Source: Methanobacteriota archaeon (lineage in GTDB: Archaea; Thermoplasmatota; Poseidoniia; Poseidoniales; Poseidoniaceae). Taken from it: a DNA stretch of 48,753 nucleotides. Below are positions 37,401 to 46,645 of this stretch, piece by piece; the stretch's first letter is position 1, and each line of letters opens with the position of its first letter. Made by a program: the position numbers and the translations under genes. Below the pieces are notes generated by a model. The model did not search any database, had not been told where the DNA came from, and was given only the letters and a program-made list of their open reading frames with translations. The stretch spans positions 5,233 through 53,985 of the forward strand of contig PBHR01000034.1 of assembly GCA_002720275.1 (NCBI GenBank). Reading direction: 5' to 3'.

Positions 37401-40400
37401 ATTGTCTGATTCTATTGTACCAGAAAGATTGAAACTACCACCAGCAATCGGATTTTCAACTATTGGATCCATCACCAATACAGTTAAAGAACGAACAATA
37501 GTAGATGGAAGGTTCTTAGATGTTGGATGAACATCATTTGAACCATTGTAAACTAATGAAATTACAATTGTGCCTAATGGTTGATCATAAGGAATTGTAT
37601 ATGTAAAACCAACACCACCTGATGCATTTGTAACCTGTCCTGGTAACCAAGTCTCATCAAATAACATAAGTACAGGTTTATTCTTCTGACGAACATCAAT
37701 AGGAGTATCAAATGCACAAGCAGAACACGTAGCAGATGTCTCTACTAATTTTGCAAATACTTCTAATGTATCACCTCTATTAATTATAATTGGAGCTGTG
37801 TGGTTTAATTCAACAAATGCACTAACTCCCGTAACATGAATTGGAGCTTGTGATGAACTCGGCAAATAATAGATATTTGAGCCATCAATAACTTCAACGA
37901 CTACAGTTCTATCACCACTTGCTACCCCATCAAGAGATGGGTCAGTTTGAGATGAAATGTTAAACCAACCTGTCGCATTTGTTGTATATGTTGCAACTAA
38001 AGCTTCATCTTCATCAATTAAAAAGTAAACTTTTAGCGATATTGGGCCATTAAAAATTCTAGTATTATCTTCTCCATCCTCAACATAACCTGCAACATTA
38101 AATGATGCTCCAGCGGTCACTTCAGGTTGAATCCAATCAATAACAACTGCTGAAGGAACTTGTATCGTTACATCTACAAACGTTTGATTTCCTAACCACC
38201 TAGCGCCACCTATATCTGTAACTAAATCTGTCAAATCATCATCAATATAGATTCTCAATACATAAGTTCCTGGTGCTGTACCTCCAGGCACTGTCCATGT
38301 GAAATTAGCAGAACCTCCCTCAACACTAGTTCCTCCTCTACCGTCTGAAATAGTCCATTCTTGAGTAACTTCATCTGGTATTACTTGTTGACTTCCATTC
38401 CAATCAAAAATTGCATGAATTGTCCTATCAGAGATTCTAGTATTATTTCCAATATCTATTGCAAATACTCCAAATTCCAAATCACCACTTAGTGGTGCAT
38501 TCAAGACATTAGCACCCGATACTAAATCACCCTCTGAATCTACAACCTCCAAAGAAAACTCTGACTCCAAACCTATAGAGAGGTTTAATGGTCTTGGCAG
38601 CAAATAATATGCAGGTTCAATCATTCCTTCCGCTGTTAAAGAAATCTGATAAATTCCTGCAGCTAATCCTGAAGGCATTACAAAAGAAATGTTAAATTCA
38701 CCAGTATTTGTATCTAGGGACCCATTTCCAATTATGTTATCCTTTAATTGATTTTGTCCCCAAATCTGAAGAACAAATTCTGTCCCATTACCGGTAATAG
38801 GGCCTGGTGGATTTTTTTGTTGATCTATCAATTGTCCTGTGAGATATCCAGTAGTTCCAATATGTACCCAATTTGAACTTAATGTGACATCTAATTCTGC
38901 ATTACCTTGTATTCTGATAAATTCTTGGCCGCTAGATGGTTCATATAATTCAGAACCTGCAAACGAGGTTTCAAATAAATAATCTCCCGGAAGCAATGAA
39001 TCTAACGTAGACCAACTAACAGATATTGGATTTGAAGGGTCTACACTTGTATTAATTGATGCTCCATCAAAGAAATGTTCAAATGTGCCTGTTAAATCTA
39101 AATCAGTACTGATTCCTCGATGATCTTTTGCAGTTACAGCAACACTAGCATCAGAGCCCCTCATCTGTGGATTTGCAAAAATTTCAAAAATTAAATAACT
39201 TCTTAGAAGATAATCATCGGGTAAATCAGCGTCATCAGTAGTATCTAAAGTAGTGGGATAAAATCTACCCCTAATATCTACATTCCCAGCTGGAATATTT
39301 ATGTCTGAAGCATTAAGTTGATGAATAATAGAAAAACTACCGTTTACTGATTGATTAAATACGACTAAGTAATCTAAACCAGAACCATTAGTTCTAATTC
39401 CTAATTCAAGTAACCCATCCATTGGAGAGGGGGTTGCACCTGCACTATTTGCTGTACCATTCACATATACTACATTTCCAACCAATAATCTAGAACTATT
39501 TGTAGGGTCATTTCCCTCAACAGTAGCTTCAACATCAGGAGCTAATGAAACTGTAGTATTAACTAAAAGTGATGTTGGACGGAAATGAATTGGAGATCCC
39601 GGATACGCTTCATCAGGGTCTTCCCATCCTGAAAACGTGACTGTAAATTGTAACGGGCCAAGTGGTTCAGAAGGGTCTAAAGAAAGTTGGAATGACCAAG
39701 CCCCTCCTTTACCAACATCAGTTGTCAATGATTCTACACCAGTTACTTGTGAAACATAATCTAATTGCACTGTAAGATTGGCCATTTCTGAAACATCCAA
39801 AAATGGACTGTTTTCATAAGACAAAGTTCCACTAAAGTCAGTAGTTGCTCCTTGGCCTATCGTAGTAGAAGATGTATGAACAAGAACACTGTCATCTGTA
39901 ACATTGATATGGCCAGGGTATTCATGAATTCGCGGCGGTATATAAGTATCCGCTGAATTAACTACAACTATTTTTTGAAAACCCGGTAAAATTGCATCAG
40001 AAGGAATTCCTGTAATTATAAAATGTCCCGTTTCATTAGTAATCGCTGCAGTTCCAATCAACATTGATGAATCTGTAACTGGTGATGATTCAGGATCTGC
40101 AGGTGATGGTGCAAGATAACCTCTTACAGTATTACCTTCAATTCCTGTTCCATTACTAGAATAAATCAAATCACCTTCAACTGTTAAATTAACGGAACCA
40201 TCTCTATCCCATTCATTTGGAATAAAGGTCATATTTACTAATTCAATTTCCAATGGTTGAGGGCATGGATTAATTGGAATCCAACCCATATCTGCATTTG
40301 TAGAACTACTACGAAGATGTACTTCAGCCCACACAGCACCATCAGAACTAGATACCTCATAACCATCTAATGTTTGAACACCATTCAGATACCCTGAAAC

Positions 40401-43385
40401 CTTACGTGCGGGAATTCCCGCAAGTCTTGCCATTGTAACAAATACAGTAACAAAGTCTGAACATGTCCCTTCACGTGAATTTTCAAGAATATGCCAAACA
40501 ATATCCTCACTGGGGTCTACACCGGAACCATTGAAATTAATTTGATAAAATAATGAACCGTTTCCTTGTCTCAAATGTTCAGCTAATGCATCTGCTATAC
40601 CATAACCACTAGATTCGCCAGAATCTGCAATTACATCTTGAGTAATTGTGTTTACAACTGATTCATTAGAAACTCCATCTGAGAAATACGAAGGTAAACT
40701 TAATTCTAATGGGCTTGGAACATAAGGTTCAGAGTCATCAAGTTCAGCCTCTTCATACCACAAATGTTTTGCTTGAGTAGTTAATTCAAACAAAGGCGAA
40801 CCATCAGAAGCTACTTTTGAAGTCCAATCAGAACGTTCAAGTTTCGCAGTAGGATCATTCCAAATGTCTAATGCTTCCCAATTATGAGGCATCGGAACAG
40901 GTAATCCTCCAGAATATGGTGTATTATATGCCATATTCCAAGTCACAGTACCATTAGAATACGTATTATCTGCAATCCAGGTTGTGTTTAGATAATTTGG
41001 ACTCATTAATTGAATTGGATGTGATGCTGCATCAACACCATAACCTCCACCTGTATAATTGTCGTAAGTATTAACCCTCCAATACAAAAGATCATCTCTA
41101 TCAAATGGATTACTAGTCGTATTTGCCCAAAAAATTACATCTTCATTTGTAACATCATCAGTAGGGTCAAATGGATCATAATTAGAACCAACACATAGAG
41201 TTCCCCAAAATTGGGGTGGACATTCTGCATAATCTGACATCCCTCCCCCATCGGTGTCAGGATTTCTCCAATCTGTACCTGTTAAGTTTTCAATTGAATC
41301 TGGAATTCCGTCTCCGTCAGTATCTTGTGGGTTAATATCATCTGAAGGGACATTTTCTGGATTTGTACCATCAAAATATTCTTGATAATCACTTACACCC
41401 CCATTATCTGTATCAAACAATAAAGGATCAGTAATATAATTGTCATTTCCTCCACTTAAAACTCCAATATAAACTAAATTACATCCAGTAGTTGTTTCAA
41501 AATAATCATTTACTCCATCTCCATCTTCATCTAATGAATTTTCACAAGCAATCATTGGATCTGTAGCACCCATTACTTCATCGTAATCATTTTGGCCATC
41601 TCCATCTGAATCTACATTAGTATAATTTGAAAAGAATCCAAAAAATGCAGTTCTTTCTTGCCAATCTGCAAGTCCATCTCCATCCGTATCATAATAATCA
41701 TCATCACAATATTGACGTGTAGTAAATAATGTTCCATCTGCTTCGGCTTCCATCCTACACCAAGAACCATCTTTAGCCAATACAATATCACCTGCTGAAG
41801 GTGCAACATTTACATTTGTTAACTGATTTCCAACTCTTGAAGCATAAGAAAACTCTGTCAAAAGTCCTGATGTACTTTCATACCAACCTTTTCCGCCTTC
41901 TGGATTAAATGCACTCGAATCACTAAGAGTTAAAGTGGCAGCACCCCACAAAACAATATTTGCTTGAGAATCTACTAATGAATCACAAGGATTAGTTCCA
42001 TGTAATGGATTTACTTCATCACCGTCTAAAACCCCACCATAATCCGTATCTGCATTATCCCATTCTGTACATGTCAAGTTTTCTTCCCAATTATCAATCC
42101 CATCTTCATCGAAGTCTCCAGTATCTTCTCTTCTTGTAGGATCACTTTCATTGCCATCTATTTGACCGTTGAAGTTTATATCTTCTTCACCATCATCCCA
42201 TGCGTCACCATCAGTATTGTTATTTCTTGGATCTGTAGCTTGTGCAGGATTTCCATATCCACTGTTAATTTCTATCCCATCGTTTATTCCATCCCCGTCT
42301 GTATCTGCTTCGGTTGGATCGGTTAACCAAATATTAACTTCATCACCGTCACTAATTGAGTCTCCGTCAGAATCTGGATTATTTGGATTAGTTTGAGTAT
42401 TTCCATCTACTTCAGCAACAAGAGTTGCGCAGCCCGCAGGTCCATCTCCTGTCACTGGATTACAAGGTGTTTCAGTCCCTGTCATCTCATCAGAAGGAGA
42501 ATAATATGATGGTGCAGGTCTAAAACAGTCTGCTCCATTACACTGAGTATTCCAACTAGGGTTGATAAATTCGTAAATATTTGCCATTCCGTCTCCATCA
42601 GGGTCACCTAATGCCCCATTATTTCCTGTTGGATCTGTGGGATCTAAACTATTTGCAACCTCCCAACCATCACTTAATCCATCACCATCAGAATCCCAAC
42701 CATAAGGATCTTCATCAATTAATCCGTCACCATCATCATCATTACTTCCACAAAGTACATCTCCATCATTGTCTGAATCTTGAGAATCTATTTGTCCATC
42801 ATGGTCATTGTCAAATCCATCTGTACAAATATCTCCTACTGGGTCTTCATCACAAAGAATTATTCCTCCAACTCCGTCTGCTCCAGAATCACCACACCCA
42901 GGTTGATTGTATTGAAGAGCATCTTCTTCATTCCAATTATTTACTGGAACTGTACCATTCCACCAAACTCCATTATCCAAGATATCGGGAGTATTTGCAT
43001 CATCCCAATTTGGTGGCAATCCATAAGAGTATTCTTGGAGATTTGTTAATTGATCTCCATCGGGGTCTCCTGTTTGACCATCATCACCTACAGCAGCACT
43101 CAATGGGTTTAATCCATATTTCCACTCCCAACCATCTGGAAGTGAATCTCCATCAGAATCCCAGTTTTGGATTTGTGTATTTAATAAATATTCAATTGAA
43201 GTGATTAAACCATCTCCATCCTGATCACTTGAGGCCATTGCTTGCCAAGATGCAAATTGAATTGAAGCAAATGTAACTGCTAAAAGCATTAAAATCATGA
43301 AAAATGAAGTTCTTTGCTTATTTATTAGCAAATTTAAATCATTTTTTATTGCGCGTTCTGACTGGGTTTGTGTGTGTGAAATCAT
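34413..43385 (-). CDS. giant (2990 aa) type-I membrane-anchored surface protein: signal/TM, TSP3-like Ca-binding repeats, transglutaminase-like core, long Ig-like/CarboxypepD_reg-like array, TM, DUF4129-like cytoplasmic tail
   Basis: One uninterrupted ORF. It has an N-terminal hydrophobic segment MILMLLAVTFASIQFASWQAMA and a C-terminal TM FVWASLLALIVLAGVGIFWY followed by RKRRQ. Domain motifs are listed in the findings. Confidence 0.9.
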   Translation of the reverse strand: MISHTQTQSERAIKNDLNLLINKQRTSFFMILMLLAVTFASIQFASWQAMASSDQDGDGLITSIEYLLNTQIQNWDSDGDSLPDGWEWKYGLNPLSAAVGDDGQTGDPDGDQLTNLQEYSYGLPPNWDDANTPDILDNGVWWNGTVPVNNWNEEDALQYNQPGCGDSGADGVGGIILCDEDPVGDICTDGFDNDHDGQIDSQDSDNDGDVLCGSNDDDGDGLIDEDPYGWDSDGDGLSDGWEVANSLDPTDPTGNNGALGDPDGDGMANIYEFINPSWNTQCNGADCFRPAPSYYSPSDEMTGTETPCNPVTGDGPAGCATLVAEVDGNTQTNPNNPDSDGDSISDGDEVNIWLTDPTEADTDGDGINDGIEINSGYGNPAQATDPRNNNTDGDAWDDGEEDINFNGQIDGNESDPTRREDTGDFDEDGIDNWEENLTCTEWDNADTDYGGVLDGDEVNPLHGTNPCDSLVDSQANIVLWGAATLTLSDSSAFNPEGGKGWYESTSGLLTEFSYASRVGNQLTNVNVAPSAGDIVLAKDGSWCRMEAEADGTLFTTRQYCDDDYYDTDGDGLADWQERTAFFGFFSNYTNVDSDGDGQNDYDEVMGATDPMIACENSLDEDGDGVNDYFETTTGCNLVYIGVLSGGNDNYITDPLLFDTDNGGVSDYQEYFDGTNPENVPSDDINPQDTDGDGIPDSIENLTGTDWRNPDTDGGGMSDYAECPPQFWGTLCVGSNYDPFDPTDDVTNEDVIFWANTTSNPFDRDDLLYWRVNTYDNYTGGGYGVDAASHPIQLMSPNYLNTTWIADNTYSNGTVTWNMAYNTPYSGGLPVPMPHNWEALDIWNDPTAKLERSDWTSKVASDGSPLFELTTQAKHLWYEEAELDDSEPYVPSPLELSLPSYFSDGVSNESVVNTITQDVIADSGESSGYGIADALAEHLRQGNGSLFYQINFNGSGVDPSEDIVWHILENSREGTCSDFVTVFVTMARLAGIPARKVSGYLNGVQTLDGYEVSSSDGAVWAEVHLRSSSTNADMGWIPINPCPQPLEIELVNMTFIPNEWDRDGSVNLTVEGDLIYSSNGTGIEGNTVRGYLAPSPADPESSPVTDSSMLIGTAAITNETGHFIITGIPSDAILPGFQKIVVVNSADTYIPPRIHEYPGHINVTDDSVLVHTSSTTIGQGATTDFSGTLSYENSPFLDVSEMANLTVQLDYVSQVTGVESLTTDVGKGGAWSFQLSLDPSEPLGPLQFTVTFSGWEDPDEAYPGSPIHFRPTSLLVNTTVSLAPDVEATVEGNDPTNSSRLLVGNVVYVNGTANSAGATPSPMDGLLELGIRTNGSGLDYLVVFNQSVNGSFSIIHQLNASDINIPAGNVDIRGRFYPTTLDTTDDADLPDDYLLRSYLIFEIFANPQMRGSDASVAVTAKDHRGISTDLDLTGTFEHFFDGASINTSVDPSNPISVSWSTLDSLLPGDYLFETSFAGSELYEPSSGQEFIRIQGNAELDVTLSSNWVHIGTTGYLTGQLIDQQKNPPGPITGNGTEFVLQIWGQNQLKDNIIGNGSLDTNTGEFNISFVMPSGLAAGIYQISLTAEGMIEPAYYLLPRPLNLSIGLESEFSLEVVDSEGDLVSGANVLNAPLSGDLEFGVFAIDIGNNTRISDRTIHAIFDWNGSQQVIPDEVTQEWTISDGRGGTSVEGGSANFTWTVPGGTAPGTYVLRIYIDDDLTDLVTDIGGARWLGNQTFVDVTIQVPSAVVIDWIQPEVTAGASFNVAGYVEDGEDNTRIFNGPISLKVYFLIDEDEALVATYTTNATGWFNISSQTDPSLDGVASGDRTVVVEVIDGSNIYYLPSSSQAPIHVTGVSAFVELNHTAPIIINRGDTLEVFAKLVETSATCSACAFDTPIDVRQKNKPVLMLFDETWLPGQVTNASGGVGFTYTIPYDQPLGTIVISLVYNGSNDVHPTSKNLPSTIVRSLTVLVMDPIVENPIAGGSFNLSGTIESDNGTTLMNRNGVPLIAQIQITMDGQSVQYLDGQINPNGTWYATVYVEPTTSAGTHEIRAAYNPQVPFYINSSVFDTIDIQGYSVLDFLEPGNLKNSDSQDRGGSIDVVVRVFDNAGQPIPNAMVDVELLTTLETGTLITNASGLGEVTINIPQDVDPGIFTLHATWIGNVATFGSVGIIGGNTSVDFVVLAHTDLSLDSVEGSMVVGDYIWVNGTLLDDAGNPLLGDDGLPSGGLVRLYVDDLPMATAISDGNTGFYSIEYELPEWMSAGIHNMRVEFSGGFLWVAPYASGDSENPEFYWNSTHPVPDQEFEVYVPTEVVVITPQGSQVDRDSDLIINGSLVDIQNRVLPGRTIQVFVGENDGSADYFVTTNEYGLFTISLRVPENQALGELDITLRFDGDDYNLSSETVSKWYVYSITSVTINELSPQTLGDDVTISGTISDNLGSPLDAHQLRIIVDGVEIGILNSSIEGTWSFVWTIPIGTNWGEHTVGVRAPDQGYYRESYAETPLFVAHRSALEFSLEETSVVRGDSWNISGILYDADDLSNIGLANETLHVYLNGILQDTIILTSSDGTWTYSLPVEMSLERGEHTILIEFDGTITHVGSSQESDVDAWSEVEVIFTDLSSEFSVRDSDEFPIEIYGEISEIGGNNLKFSNLSISLLTSDGTLISSQLNWTVIGTQLFYISAKAPTTLTPGNIILVVEFPGSDDEYLLSKSTNYSMMLKVDATFTPTLEPIILGERDDVYGNISVIADDTGQPLEGISVILTLSNESGQLITRTLITDEFGVAEITLENTPPYSDSTSFGSVNIEISSDDARISNKSLVTLQAKVPEALVYQSIDTEGESSTFVWASLLALIVLAGVGIFWYRKRRQDVLDEIASIFSYTAELLAHGDEIRESIFHCYEDLCRVLTKHGYLRRDFETVREFEMALRSALPIREDSLIELDNVFEEARYSRHELNTQDSLRAQSALEGVQSELVRMNVGKGGREDPVPEVEA
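40263..40613 (-). other. transglutaminase-like core domain within the giant protein (aa ~925-1041)
   Basis: GTCSDFVTVFVTMARLAGIPARKVSGY ... DGAVWAEVHL ... GWIPINP matches the pattern GxCxxFAxxFxxLxRxxGIPARxVxGY ... HAWxEV ... GWxxxDP. Confidence 0.6.
41223..43226 (-). repeat. array of about 18 thrombospondin-type-3-like Asp-rich calcium-binding repeats (coding)
   Basis: Recurrent Dx(D/N)xDGxxDxxE units, e.g. DSDGDSLPDGWE, DPDGDQLTNLQE, DSDGDGLSDGWE, DPDGDGMANIYE, DTDGDGINDGIE, DSDGDGQNDYDE, DTDGDGIPDSIE and DTDGGGMSDYAE (aa 54-721). Confidence 0.7.
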
Positions 43386-43447
43386 CTCACCTCAACACTA
43401 CCCGGGCAAAGAAGGACTTAAGGGGAATGGTGCGTTGTTCATACAAA

Positions 43448-43467
43448 TCACCCCCTATAGGGGGTGA
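43448..43467 (-). terminator. perfect 20-nt palindrome TCACCCCCTATAGGGGGTGA between the two surface-protein genes (hairpin; possible attenuator/terminator or processing site)
   Basis: Read directly. It begins 5 nt downstream of the 987-aa gene stop on the minus strand. No clear oligo-T tract follows it. Confidence 0.3.
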
Positions 43468-43471
43468 AAAA

Positions 43472-46435
43472 TTAGTCTTCTTCAACCAATTCTACTTCTT
43501 CATATACTACTGGTTCAGGAAGTTCTTCTTCCACCTCAGAATCAAGTTCTAAAATGTCTAAATCCCCCTCATCGCCAACATCTATCAATTCTTCAGGAAC
43601 ATACTCTATTTCTGTAACTGCTCCCCTGCGTGAAAACCAAAACACAAACATCAATACAACTGAACCAAGTACTCCAAGAGTTACTGGATCAGGTTCACTA
43701 AACAATTCTGATTGAATTCTACAAGAAATACTTTCTACATTTGTTTGAATTCTCACGGAATGTGTGGTTGTATATTCATCACCATAGGCTTCGTTCATAT
43801 CCAAAGGTTTAGCAGTAATTTCAAAATCATAAACTTCATTATGCCTCATGCAAGTAGGTGAATCTATTCTAATTGTGAAATTCTTTTCACTAAATGGTCC
43901 AACAGTTAACAATTCTCCACCGTCTTCAGATTCTAAATTTACTTTCCAATTTTCTCCAATTGATGATTCTAATTTTAGTAATACCAATGTTTCTACATTT
44001 GCAACATTATATACTCTCATTTCGATTTCTTCAAAAGAATTAATTCCGATTAACTCGTTCGCTGAAATTTGAGTGATCTCAATTTGGGGTTCATCTTCCC
44101 CCACAAATATCGTTAAAGGCATGTCAAAATATTTTGGATCAACACCAGAGCCTGCTTCGACTTCTTCAACTATCCTCAGATAAATCGTATGATTGCCAGA
44201 AAGCATACCCATGCTTGGAGTAACTAATATTTTTATTTCTGCAGAGCCTCCAGAAGATAATTTTACATTAGAGGTTAAAGAACTATTACTATCATAAATT
44301 TCAAAATCCCAAGCTGCATAGTAATCTTTCTGAGAAACTAATTTACCATCAGGAGTTAAAATATCTTTATCCAATAAACTTGGATTTTTAATTTGAAAAG
44401 TAGTTAATTGTGTATCTGATTCCGTAACAGAACTTGTGACTTTTAATCTAAATGTTTCATCATTAAATTCAGGGTTTTTACATGTAGAAATTTCTACATT
44501 AACATAACCCAATGGTGCTGCGTCACAATCATAAATAACTGTAGAATGAACACCGAATGTACGTTGCACTGTAAATGAAATTGTAGCCCTCAATGTCAAA
44601 TCACTAGCACTAGTTACTTCCATAGTTATTTTTCCAATATCAGGCGCTTCTCTATCAATCGGAGGGTATACTTCAATCAAGATTGTTTCAACTGCATTAG
44701 AATTTACATCTCCTGAAGGAAATGATCCTTGTTCTTTCACAATCGCTTCACCTGTATTATTATCCACAAATGCAGCGTCCCATTGGTCTGGAATTTCTAA
44801 AAACTTCATTCTAAAATTATCTACATCAAAACCAGTATTTCTCACATCAAGATAAAATTCCCCAATTCCGTCAAAATTTACAAAATTAGAAAAATCTTCA
44901 TCAAAATCACCAGATAAATCAACAGAATCTCCAATCTGAATTTGATGTTCTGCATCTTCAAAAAGAGAAAGTCTTGGGTCAGAATATACATCTATTTCTT
45001 CAACACCTAGTAAAAGTTGTGAAACATCTGTAACTTGTGAATTATTTACCTTGGGTACTGCTATAACATTAATATTTGAAGGTGTAGATGACATGTCTTC
45101 ATCTGGTGCTTTAATCAATAATGTTGGTTTAACTTGAGTTCCTCCATAATCAAGTTGATAACCACCAACGGGTTGATCAAATTCTACTTGCCAATCTGAA
45201 GACAAAGGTGGTTGAAGTGATAATTCAACTGACATCTCATTACTAGAATAACCAATGTGTGTTAAAGAAAACTCTAACCTACTTGTTTGCCCTGGTGCCA
45301 CAAGTAATGTCTCTCCCTGATCATCTCCTAATTCAAAATCAATTCCATAAGTATGGGAAATTATTGGTTCATGAGTAAATGTCACAGGTTGGTCATGCTG
45401 AAGATCTTTTACTCTTAACTCAAGTGGATATGTCCCAGCTTTTAGCCCTCCCTTCTCATAATCATAAACTACATTACCAACTAATCCACCATTATCTAAA
45501 ATTAAATCATTATTAGAGAACGTGTATGAAAATTCCTCAACACCTTCAATTCCGTCAACATCATCAATAAACAATTCAATTTCAGAAATATCTGCTCTTC
45601 CAAAAGCACTTCTAACATCTACAGAAATTTGAATTCTCCGATCTTCATCAGAATCATGAGGATACCAATCTAATGTTTCTACATCATTCCAACCGGCACC
45701 CTCTTTGTGAACTTTGAACGAACTACCTGCTAGAGTATTCGTTCTAACGCTAAGATATGTTTCCTGATTATCATTAGAAATGTCTCCGAAAAAGATTTTT
45801 ACATCGCATCCAGAATCACCGAATCCGCCTGAATCGCAACTATTTGTAGACACTATTTCCAATTCTACCTTTAAGTAACTTTGAGACTCTACTAAAAAAG
45901 TATTTACATTTTCAAAAACAATTTTTTCATCATCGGGGTTAGATTCATCGCATGAATCTGTTCCGAAAAAGCCATTGCACGGATTATCTAACTCTTCGGT
46001 CTGTGTAGAAATAATGGTATTACCACTCATTAATCTTACATCCATTTCGGCCGATGCTCCATCTGGTCCAGAAAATTCATAAAATACATTGAAATCAATT
46101 TCATTAGAAACACCACTTATATTAATATCAGATAGTAAAAGTGGTGTTATAAATACCCCCGTAGAATCAATAATGCTTATTTGTGATTGTGAACCACTAG
46201 TTGGTTCACGAGTGGTGATTTTGCCATCGGCATCCATCCCCGAGGATATATCATCTTGTGTTAACTCTTCAAAATAAAATCTGTAATCTTGATCAGCGGA
46301 ATTTGAAAATTTAATTGGAACGATTTCTACTAAATTGTTATCATTAGTTTCTGGTTGAATAAGTGTAGAAAAAATTGAACAAGCAAACATTAAACATAGC
46401 ACTAATGCCTTTGATTGGTAAGATATACGTGACAC
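43472..46435 (-). CDS. 987-aa surface protein: signal peptide, repeated CARDB/NEW3-like beta-sandwich modules, C-terminal TM and acidic tail
   Basis: Signal ALVLCLMFACSIFSTLIQP, and a C-terminal TM LGVLGSVVLMFVFWF followed by SRRG and an E/D-rich tail. Recurrent xxW(Q/D/K)VxF modules include SSDWQVEFDQP, IPDQWDAAFVD and IGENWKVNLES. Confidence 0.85.
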   Translation of the reverse strand: MSRISYQSKALVLCLMFACSIFSTLIQPETNDNNLVEIVPIKFSNSADQDYRFYFEELTQDDISSGMDADGKITTREPTSGSQSQISIIDSTGVFITPLLLSDINISGVSNEIDFNVFYEFSGPDGASAEMDVRLMSGNTIISTQTEELDNPCNGFFGTDSCDESNPDDEKIVFENVNTFLVESQSYLKVELEIVSTNSCDSGGFGDSGCDVKIFFGDISNDNQETYLSVRTNTLAGSSFKVHKEGAGWNDVETLDWYPHDSDEDRRIQISVDVRSAFGRADISEIELFIDDVDGIEGVEEFSYTFSNNDLILDNGGLVGNVVYDYEKGGLKAGTYPLELRVKDLQHDQPVTFTHEPIISHTYGIDFELGDDQGETLLVAPGQTSRLEFSLTHIGYSSNEMSVELSLQPPLSSDWQVEFDQPVGGYQLDYGGTQVKPTLLIKAPDEDMSSTPSNINVIAVPKVNNSQVTDVSQLLLGVEEIDVYSDPRLSLFEDAEHQIQIGDSVDLSGDFDEDFSNFVNFDGIGEFYLDVRNTGFDVDNFRMKFLEIPDQWDAAFVDNNTGEAIVKEQGSFPSGDVNSNAVETILIEVYPPIDREAPDIGKITMEVTSASDLTLRATISFTVQRTFGVHSTVIYDCDAAPLGYVNVEISTCKNPEFNDETFRLKVTSSVTESDTQLTTFQIKNPSLLDKDILTPDGKLVSQKDYYAAWDFEIYDSNSSLTSNVKLSSGGSAEIKILVTPSMGMLSGNHTIYLRIVEEVEAGSGVDPKYFDMPLTIFVGEDEPQIEITQISANELIGINSFEEIEMRVYNVANVETLVLLKLESSIGENWKVNLESEDGGELLTVGPFSEKNFTIRIDSPTCMRHNEVYDFEITAKPLDMNEAYGDEYTTTHSVRIQTNVESISCRIQSELFSEPDPVTLGVLGSVVLMFVFWFSRRGAVTEIEYVPEELIDVGDEGDLDILELDSEVEEELPEPVVYEEVELVEED

Positions 46436-46563
46436 AATTACCCCCCGTTAACAAGTAACCGTAAGAGTAGAGCATTAAACGGTTTGCCGTGTTATGTACG
46501 TAACAATGTAAATTTTGAGATATTATCCTACTCGTTGAAGAACTAGTTCGTTTTCGGAGGACT

Positions 46564-46645
46564 GCTGGGGTACCCGAGTGGTCAAAGGGGCCGGACTTAA
46601 GATCCGGTGGCGAAGCCTTCGTGGGTTCAAATCCCACCCCCAGCA
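46564..46645 (+). tRNA. tRNA-Leu (anticodon UAA), class II with long variable arm
   Basis: GCTGGGG-TA-...-CCGGA-CTTAAGA-TCCGG-TGGCGAAGCCTTC-GTGGG-TTCAAAT-CCCAC-CCCCAGC-A folds by hand. No CCA is encoded. Confidence 0.9.

Noticed and set aside
42581-43204. 207-aa His-rich ORF (and 42780-43049, 42169-42396) on the plus strand
   Set aside because: It is antisense to the Asp/Gly-rich TSP3-like repeat region of the giant gene. Its His/Leu-rich periodic sequence is the reverse-complement reading of repeated GAT/GAC/GGN codons, not an independent gene.
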